DNA of 12,164 nucleotides from a virus (Duplodnaviria; Heunggongvirae; Uroviricota; Caudoviricetes): IMG/VR virus record IMGVR_UViG_2698536471_000010; one strand, 5' to 3'. Shown piece by piece: positions 7,298 to 12,164 of this stretch (position 1 is its first letter; each line of letters starts with the position of its first letter). The notes under the pieces were generated by a model. It saw only the letters and a program-made list of their open reading frames with translations, ran no database searches and was not told where the DNA came from. The position numbers and the translations under genes were made by a program.

Positions 7298-8374
7298 TTA
7301 TTCATCCTTCCCGTCATCAATTGAGCATGTAAGGATGTGACTAATCTCCTTAACGGTCTGCGCAAAACGTTCTGCCTCCAGTTCAACACCAGTTGCACGA
7401 CGCCCGAGCGCCATAGCTGCTTTTATGGTTGAGCCAGAACCCATGAAAAAATCCGCCACCAGGTCACCCGGACGACTGCTCGCGCAGATTATCTGCCGCA
7501 GCATTTCTGCCGGTTTTTCGCACGGATGTTTCCCTGGATAGTACTGCACCGGTTTATGCGTCCACACATCGGTGTACGGCACCTGCACCGTCACACCGAA
7601 ATACCGCCGCAAATTTTTATATTCACTCAGCAGTTCCATGTACTGTCGGTTCAGCTCACTGTATGTGCTGACCAGTTGGTAATGGGACTTTTCCAGTTCT
7701 CCCCGCTGATGTTTCTCTTCTGCCACCCGGGCAAACAGCGACTGTAATTTCAGATAATCGCTTTCGTTCGGTAGCTGCCACTGACTGGCACTGAACCAGT
7801 GCGACACCATGTTTTTCTTTCCTGTGGCATCTGCAATCTGTTTTGCTGTTATCCCAAGAGCAGCACGCGCATCACGAAAGTAAGAAATCAGCGGGGCCAT
7901 CACATGCTGTTTCAGTGCCCTGCCCTTCGCCTCATCGCCATCATCTTTCGGACGATACGGCCCCTGATAATGTTCCGCGAACAGAATGCGTTCTGTGGCC
8001 GGAAAATACGCCCGCAGGCTTTCCTTGTTGCACCCGTTCCAGCGTCCGGACGGCTTCGCCCAGATAATATGGTTCAGCACATTGAAGCGTTCACGCATCA
8101 TGATTTCAATGTCAGATGCCAGGCGATGGTCACAGAACAGGTAAAGACTTCCGGCAGGTTTCAGCACCCGCCAGAACTGCGCCAGACACTGGTCCAGCCA
8201 CTTCAGGTAATCATCGTCGCCCTTCCACTGGTTATCCCAGCCCTCGGGCTTCACTTTAAAGTATGGCGGGTCTGTGACTATCAGATCGACAGAGTTTTCC
8301 GGTAAGGTCTGGATAAATTCCAGGCAATCAGCGTTGATTAACTCACAACTGGATATTTTTACAGTATTAAGCAT
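7298..8374 (-). CDS. Orphan DNA methyltransferase, beta-class (N6-adenine or N4-cytosine)
   Basis: 358 aa with motif IV DPPY (DLIVTDPPY) near the N-terminus and the AdoMet-binding FxGxG-type motif I (DFFMGSGST) near the C-terminus. ATG start. No adjacent restriction endonuclease gene. Confidence 0.9.
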   Translation of the reverse strand: MLNTVKISSCELINADCLEFIQTLPENSVDLIVTDPPYFKVKPEGWDNQWKGDDDYLKWLDQCLAQFWRVLKPAGSLYLFCDHRLASDIEIMMRERFNVLNHIIWAKPSGRWNGCNKESLRAYFPATERILFAEHYQGPYRPKDDGDEAKGRALKQHVMAPLISYFRDARAALGITAKQIADATGKKNMVSHWFSASQWQLPNESDYLKLQSLFARVAEEKHQRGELEKSHYQLVSTYSELNRQYMELLSEYKNLRRYFGVTVQVPYTDVWTHKPVQYYPGKHPCEKPAEMLRQIICASSRPGDLVADFFMGSGSTIKAAMALGRRATGVELEAERFAQTVKEISHILTCSIDDGKDE

Positions 8375-8510
8375 GGATCATTAAGCCTGTCTCTGATAGG
8401 CTCATTCTGCTTTTGCGCAAAGCAGTGGGCCTGAGGTTTGCTTGTGAACCCAACGCATGAGCAGATGGCTGGTAGGTGCCCCTAACACCCACCAGCCGCC
8501 CATTTACCAC

Positions 8511-8538
8511 AAATAAAAAAGCCTTCACTGCGGAAGGC
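8511..8538 (-). terminator. Intrinsic terminator after the 65-aa ORF
   Basis: On the minus strand GCCTTC-CGCAGT-GAAGGC followed by TTTTTTATTT; overlaps the ORF stop codon. Confidence 0.55.
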
Positions 8539-8722
8539 GTCTGTAACAACCGAACTGATAGTCTGCCAGACCCGCCATAACAAGCTGGGTCAGTATTAAC
8601 TGGCAGCGTTCGCGTGAAAGGTAAGTATTCTGCGCAATCTCCCCGACTGTCGCCGGGTCGGTAACGCTTAATTCATTAAACACCACTCTGGCGGTTTCTG
8701 TCATATCCTGCTGTTTTAGCAT
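8525..8722 (-). CDS. Small putative winged-helix DNA-binding protein (65 aa)
   Basis: ATG with GGGA SD about 9 nt upstream; the segment TVGEIAQNTYLSRERCQLILTQLVMAGL looks like a helix-turn-helix; followed by an intrinsic terminator. Confidence 0.5.
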   Translation of the reverse strand: MLKQQDMTETARVVFNELSVTDPATVGEIAQNTYLSRERCQLILTQLVMAGLADYQFGCYRRLPQ

Positions 8723-8844
8723 GTCTTTTTTCCCTTTTGGTTAACGTGACATACCAATAACTCTTGTCCAAAAAGCCAGTAAGCAGAAAGACCGGTATTC
8801 GCAACCACCAGCGCATTTAACGCCCCGTGCCGTTTTTCAGTCAT

Positions 8845-8870
8845 AAAAAAACCCGCAAAAAGCGGGCTCT
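8845..8870 (-). terminator. Intrinsic terminator about 75 bp after the Q stop (tR'-like)
   Basis: On the minus strand AGAGCCCGC-TTTTT-GCGGG followed by T7; the position matches the tR' terminator of lambdoid late operons. Confidence 0.6.
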
Positions 8871-8889
8871 TTCAAATGTCCATGTCTGC

Positions 8890-8930
8890 TATTCGCCTCG
8901 CGGTACAGCTTTGCGAAGCTTACCGGAATT
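8890..8930 (-). promoter_or_regulatory. Candidate late promoter (pR'-like) between Q and the tR'-like terminator
   Basis: Minus strand TTGCTT-N17-TTCAAT (alternative -35 TTGACG) just after the Q stop; weak match to sigma70 consensus, called on position only. Confidence 0.25.
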
Positions 8931-8945
8931 GAAGCAGTTTTTACG

Positions 8946-9500
8946 TCAAAAAGCAATAACTTTTTTCTCTATACCAAAAGCCATAACCATTGGTTTGTAC
9001 AAAATAAATTCTGCCACCTTTAGCCAATGCTCAATGCGTCTTTCACAGGTTCTTAAACTCCATTCCGGATGTGCATCATTCAGCAGTTCAGCCATTTTGC
9101 GCTTAGTCATCCCCCGCCCCACATAACGCTGACTCAGAACATTGAGCAGCCCGGGATAACCTGCCAGTACTTCACCAATAACCCTGTCGATTATTAACGC
9201 CTCTGAATCGGTACAATGTGCCAGCCAGCTTTTTTGATTGCCGTTGATCATATCCCGCAAAAAAGCCTCAAGTTCAGGTTTGTCCAGACCCGCTTTTTTC
9301 ATCCTCCGGAGCGCCTCGTTAATTGCCGTTTTTGTCAGCTTTTTAGAGGTCAGTAATTGGTTGAACATATTTCCCGTCTTACCGTCGCCAATATACGACC
9401 AACGCCCCCACATACGCAGTTTCCCCTGGATCCAGACACTTTCCAGCGTTTTCAGGCGTAAATGCTCACCGCTTTTGCCTGTAATTTCCGGGTATATCAT
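8946..9500 (-). CDS. Putative late-gene antiterminator Q (Phage_antitermQ-like)
   Basis: Sits directly after rusA and before the tR'-like terminator; contains an RMWGRW motif resembling the RWGAW motif I recall from Q-like proteins. Start is ATG 9500 or GTG 9512, which overlaps the rusA stop. Confidence 0.55.
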   Translation of the reverse strand: MIYPEITGKSGEHLRLKTLESVWIQGKLRMWGRWSYIGDGKTGNMFNQLLTSKKLTKTAINEALRRMKKAGLDKPELEAFLRDMINGNQKSWLAHCTDSEALIIDRVIGEVLAGYPGLLNVLSQRYVGRGMTKRKMAELLNDAHPEWSLRTCERRIEHWLKVAEFILYKPMVMAFGIEKKVIAF

Positions 9501-9508
9501 ATTTATGC

Positions 9509-9868
9509 TCACTCACTTTCAATTTTGTAAATCTTCACGCCCAGCCGCCCACCAGAAACGAGCTGACCGCGCACAATATTGATTTCATCAAACTGCTCGT
9601 CGTCTATGAGAAGTCCGGCATGCGTCAGCGCATCCAGCGGTGCTTTCAGGATATTGTCCAGATCACGACGGCGCTTATCCGGTGGCTCTGCAATAATCTT
9701 TATCGCCAGCCTTCCGGACAGGCTTAATTTCAGCCGCTGCTGGCGAACAATAAGCGCCACAGCCCGGCGATAACGCTTTCCCTCCTCCGAGATAAAATAT
9801 GTGCTGCCACGGCGTCGCCAGTAAGTGTTCACCGTCGGCGGGTAAGGTAAAACCAAATCTATGAGCAT
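9509..9868 (-). CDS. rusA: RusA Holliday-junction resolvase
   Basis: 119 aa; ...PPDKRRRDLDNILKAPLDALTHAGLLIDDEQ... matches the RusA catalytic region (DxxRRRDLDN...K...DAL). ATG start with AGGTGA SD. Confidence 0.9.
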   Translation of the reverse strand: MLIDLVLPYPPTVNTYWRRRGSTYFISEEGKRYRRAVALIVRQQRLKLSLSGRLAIKIIAEPPDKRRRDLDNILKAPLDALTHAGLLIDDEQFDEINIVRGQLVSGGRLGVKIYKIESE

Positions 9869-9880
9869 CAGTCACCTCTT

Positions 9881-10930
9881 TTACCCAAGCACGCCAGTTG
9901 CAAAGGCGTGATCAAGAAAACGAAAAATTAAATCAACCTGAGAGCCATGCTTTTCTTCGAACGCCAGCGGATCCGCATGAAGCTCGTTGTGATGCTCCCG
10001 ACACAGCGGTAGCGTGAAAATATCGTGAGATTTTGTCCCCATTCCGCCCTGACCATGACCAATCAGGTGATGGGGATCGTCGGCTGGCTTACCACAACAC
10101 GCACACGGCTGAGTCTTCACCCAGCGTGTGTATTTCTCGTTAACCCAGCGGCGACGTTTAGGTCGTTTCATGAAAGATTCCGGAGACTCAGGATCAACGG
10201 CAATGCTGACCACCGTCTTTTCCTGTGGTGGGTTCTGTTGCTGGTGGACGTCAGGCAGTAACGCAATATTTTTTGTGCGCTGCTTCAGTATGCTGGTGGC
10301 GGTCTGCTCTCCCGGCACGATGTCGCTTTCACGGTACATTGAGCGGATTTTTTCCGCACGCACCCCCAGCGAACGACGTAATACCGCTTCCGGTAGCGCG
10401 TCCGCCACCTGATTGCGGACCGCCCACCAGGATAATTCAGCCAAAGATAATTCACGCTCCTGCGTACCGCTTATTGCGTGACCGATGACGTCAATCATCC
10501 ATGCTGACAGGTTTTGATGAGCAAGTTGCTCGAGTGATTCGGATGTCTGGTCACGCAGCTGGTTGTCGCAGTGCCAGCACAACACCATTGCGCCGGTACC
10601 ATAACGGTGAATGACAGTTTCGCTGTGATGATAATCGCCGTGTGGCCACTGGCAGGATTTCACGTGACGCAACAGCCAGTCAGACAATGCACCAGCACCA
10701 CCAGCAGCACGAATCACCCGTGCGTTACTGAAAAACGGCAGCAATGTTTTGTCTTCCACCAGCGGCTGGCGAACGGCAGGAACGACCCCGGACGGCAGAT
10801 TACGCATGCTTTTCGGTTCCGGCTCCATCAATACCCGGGTATTGTGGAATACTGGCATGGATTCACGGCCCGGCTTAACGATCACCAGCCCGAGTTCCGG
10901 TACCAGAACAGGTCGAAGTAATACCCGCAC
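9881..10930 (-). CDS. YdfU-like DUF968 protein with C-terminal HNH/zinc-finger-like nuclease motif
   Basis: 349 aa, same length and position as Qin-prophage YdfU next to Q; C-terminus CACCGKPADDPHHLIGHGQGG...CREHHNELH. GTG start immediately after the upstream stop with GGAGG SD; in-frame ATGs at 10858, 10828 and 10807 are alternatives. Confidence 0.75.
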   Translation of the reverse strand: MRVLLRPVLVPELGLVIVKPGRESMPVFHNTRVLMEPEPKSMRNLPSGVVPAVRQPLVEDKTLLPFFSNARVIRAAGGAGALSDWLLRHVKSCQWPHGDYHHSETVIHRYGTGAMVLCWHCDNQLRDQTSESLEQLAHQNLSAWMIDVIGHAISGTQERELSLAELSWWAVRNQVADALPEAVLRRSLGVRAEKIRSMYRESDIVPGEQTATSILKQRTKNIALLPDVHQQQNPPQEKTVVSIAVDPESPESFMKRPKRRRWVNEKYTRWVKTQPCACCGKPADDPHHLIGHGQGGMGTKSHDIFTLPLCREHHNELHADPLAFEEKHGSQVDLIFRFLDHAFATGVLG

Positions 10931-10931
10931 G

Positions 10932-11210
10932 TTACCTCCAGATGCGTTGCTGGAATGTGCGAGACGGACGCGGTGGGCGTTCAGAGTAAGGAAGCCTGAC
11001 GGAGATTATCCAGTGACGGTAGTCGAGACTAAGGGCTTTCTTAACCTCGTATCCGCGCCTGCGGTAACACTGAATTATCCATTCAGCCTGCTCTTCAGTA
11101 CATGGAGGGTGTTGGAACCATTCAGACTTGAATGCGTGAGAATACCGCTCGTGCGTGCAGGCAAGAACGGGCGAATTATCAGAATTGTAATATTTTACGT
11201 TGCGTGCCAT
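10932..11210 (-). CDS. Hypothetical phage protein (92 aa), translationally coupled to the YdfU-like gene
   Basis: ATG start with GGAGAA SD; the stop abuts the downstream start; contains Cys/His residues. Confidence 0.55.
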   Translation of the reverse strand: MARNVKYYNSDNSPVLACTHERYSHAFKSEWFQHPPCTEEQAEWIIQCYRRRGYEVKKALSLDYRHWIISVRLPYSERPPRPSRTFQQRIWR

Positions 11211-11276
11211 CGGTTTTCTCCGGTGGCACGGTGTTACTCAGCGGGAGTTCAGCCCCGCGCAAGATTGTAGATGAGT

Positions 11277-11528
11277 TTATTCTTCTGCAAAAGCTGAAAA
11301 GCCTGCTTTTATTCCGATCTCTTTCAGTGCCTGTAATGAAGTGACAAACTCACCTTCGCGCAAGATAAATCCGTCTGTCACTCGACCATCCACAAAATTA
11401 ATTAACGCAGCCCCATTCTTTCGCAAACACATAATGCGGTAATGACTAACAAGATTTCCATTTTCAACGCACACAGCATAGAGGCCATCTTCACAAAAAA
11501 TTTTACGCAGTTCTTCGATGTTCATCAT
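11277..11528 (-). CDS. Rem-like small protein (83 aa)
   Basis: ATG start with GGAAGG SD; size and position (between hok and the YdfU-like gene) match rem of the Qin prophage. Named on synteny and length only. Confidence 0.55.
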   Translation of the reverse strand: MMNIEELRKIFCEDGLYAVCVENGNLVSHYRIMCLRKNGAALINFVDGRVTDGFILREGEFVTSLQALKEIGIKAGFSAFAEE

Positions 11529-11643
11529 CAGAATCCTTCCGGATAATTAGCTCTCCCCTTTAAGGGACCATCCCTCTTATCCCTGCGCGCTACTTAAGTA
11601 TTTTTGATTCTATTCCGGCGCCGTCCAGAACTTCAAACGCGTT

Positions 11644-11676
11644 GAAAATAAAAACAAAAACCCGCCGAAGCGGGTT
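11644..11676 (-). terminator. Intrinsic terminator of the hok mRNA
   Basis: On the minus strand AACCCGC-TTCG-GCGGGTT followed by TTTTGTTTTTATTTT, about 70 nt after the hok stop. Confidence 0.65.
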
Positions 11677-11744
11677 AAGTGCGGGTGCGTTGAGGATGCC
11701 TGCCACATCAGAGGTGGCGAGGGATTTCTCCCTCGCCGGGTCTC

Positions 11745-11900
11745 TTACTCCTCAGGTTCGTAAGCTGTGAAGACAGCGACCTCCGTCTGGCCGGTTCGGA
11801 TTCGTACCTCGCAGAGGTCTTTCCTCGTTACCAGTGCCGTCACTATGACGGTTAAACAGATGACGATCAGGGCGATTAACATCGCCTTTTGCTGCTTCAT
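11745..11900 (-). CDS. hok: Hok-family type I toxin (51 aa), HokD/Gef-like
   Basis: MKQQKAMLIALIVICLTVIVTALVTRKDLCEVRIRTGQTEVAVFTAYEPEE: the Hok TM segment plus conserved C-terminal region, with a GGAG SD. An in-frame upstream extension gives a 70-aa mok-like ORF. Confidence 0.9.
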   Translation of the reverse strand: MKQQKAMLIALIVICLTVIVTALVTRKDLCEVRIRTGQTEVAVFTAYEPEE

Positions 11901-11957
11901 AGCCTGCTTCTCCTTGCCTTTCGGCACGTAAGAGGCTAACCTACATGTGTCTAGCAT
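11745..11957 (-). CDS. mok: Mok-like in-frame upstream reading frame (70 aa) overlapping hok
   Basis: ATG at 11957 in frame with hok (MLDTCRLASYVPKGKEKQA-MKQQ...), analogous to chromosomal mokC/hokC. Confidence 0.5.
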   Translation of the reverse strand: MLDTCRLASYVPKGKEKQAMKQQKAMLIALIVICLTVIVTALVTRKDLCEVRIRTGQTEVAVFTAYEPEE

Positions 11958-12000
11958 GAAATTGGCCTCAGATTAATGTTAAGCGTCTTGCAGGACGCGT
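11914..12000 (+). ncRNA. Candidate Sok-like antisense RNA and its promoter, opposite the mok start
   Basis: Plus-strand TTGCCT-N17-TAACCT would start transcription around 11950, antisense to the mok translation-initiation region. No clear terminator found; extent is a guess. Confidence 0.2.
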
Positions 12001-12140
12001 AATGTTAACTGGGGCTTTTCTCTATCTGCCTTTGGTGTTCATGCCTGAGACAGATAGCCTCAAGCACCCGCAGCCATTCTACTTAACTCCCGTTACCCCG
12101 CCAATATGAAATCAGTCAGAAAGGCGATCCATAAGAATAA

Positions 12141-12164
12141 TGAACCGCCCCGGGTTTCCTGGAG
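12141..12164. repeat. Right copy of the perfect 24-bp terminal inverted repeat
   Basis: Exact reverse complement of bases 2-25. Confidence 0.8.

Noticed and set aside
7526-8305. Plus-strand ORFs (73, 168 and 74 aa) antisense to the methyltransferase
   Set aside because: Nested antisense to a gene with clear methyltransferase motifs; His/Arg/Cys/Pro-rich artefactual translations.
8367-8549. 60-aa minus-strand ORF between the wHTH-like gene and the methyltransferase
   Set aside because: Overlaps the intrinsic terminator and the upstream gene's stop; no SD. The region instead shows an extended imperfect hairpin (about 8469-8500) that I could not assign.
6103-8950. tRNA genes (ileZ/argN/argO-like) expected downstream of Q in Stx-type phages
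   Set aside because: Scanning both strands by eye found no T-arm-like GGTTCGAATCC motif with flanking acceptor-stem complementarity. A tRNAscan-SE run would be decisive.
9238-11270. Plus-strand ORFs 9238..9582, 9579..9773, 10025..10261, 10128..10412, 10225..10488, 10571..10921 and 10749..11270, plus minus-strand 9675..9875
   Set aside because: All overlap the Q-like, rusA, YdfU-like or 92-aa genes in other frames or antisense, with no independent signals.
1-12164. CRISPR array or other tandem direct repeats
   Set aside because: No regularly spaced direct repeats were seen anywhere in the window.

Overview
This window reads as the late-regulatory and lysis region of a lambdoid (Qin/Stx-phage-like) prophage of an enterobacterium, with nearly every gene on the minus strand. 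In transcription order (high to low coordinates) it holds: a hok/mok type I toxin locus, a Rem-like small protein, a 92-aa protein, a YdfU-like DUF968 protein with an HNH-like motif, RusA resolvase, a Q-like antiterminator followed by an intrinsic terminator (tR'-like), a small wHTH-like protein, an orphan beta-class DNA methyltransferase, a 1.2-kb AT-rich stretch with no convincing gene, the NanS-p sialate O-acetylesterase, two small ORFs, then a phage-21-type lysis cassette (pinholin, an inserted 185-aa gene of unknown function, SAR endolysin, Rz/Rz1) and a 74-aa gene coupled to Rz. No Shiga toxin genes, tRNAs, cos site or CRISPR array were found. Most worth a second look are the unknown gene sitting between holin and endolysin, the gene-poor AT-rich stretch at the position where Stx phages carry stx, a patch of short hydrophobic ORFs in three frames between endolysin and Rz, and a perfect 24-bp inverted repeat flush with both window ends, which may be an assembly artefact. 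All identifications are from reading the sequence and recalled family features; no database search was run.
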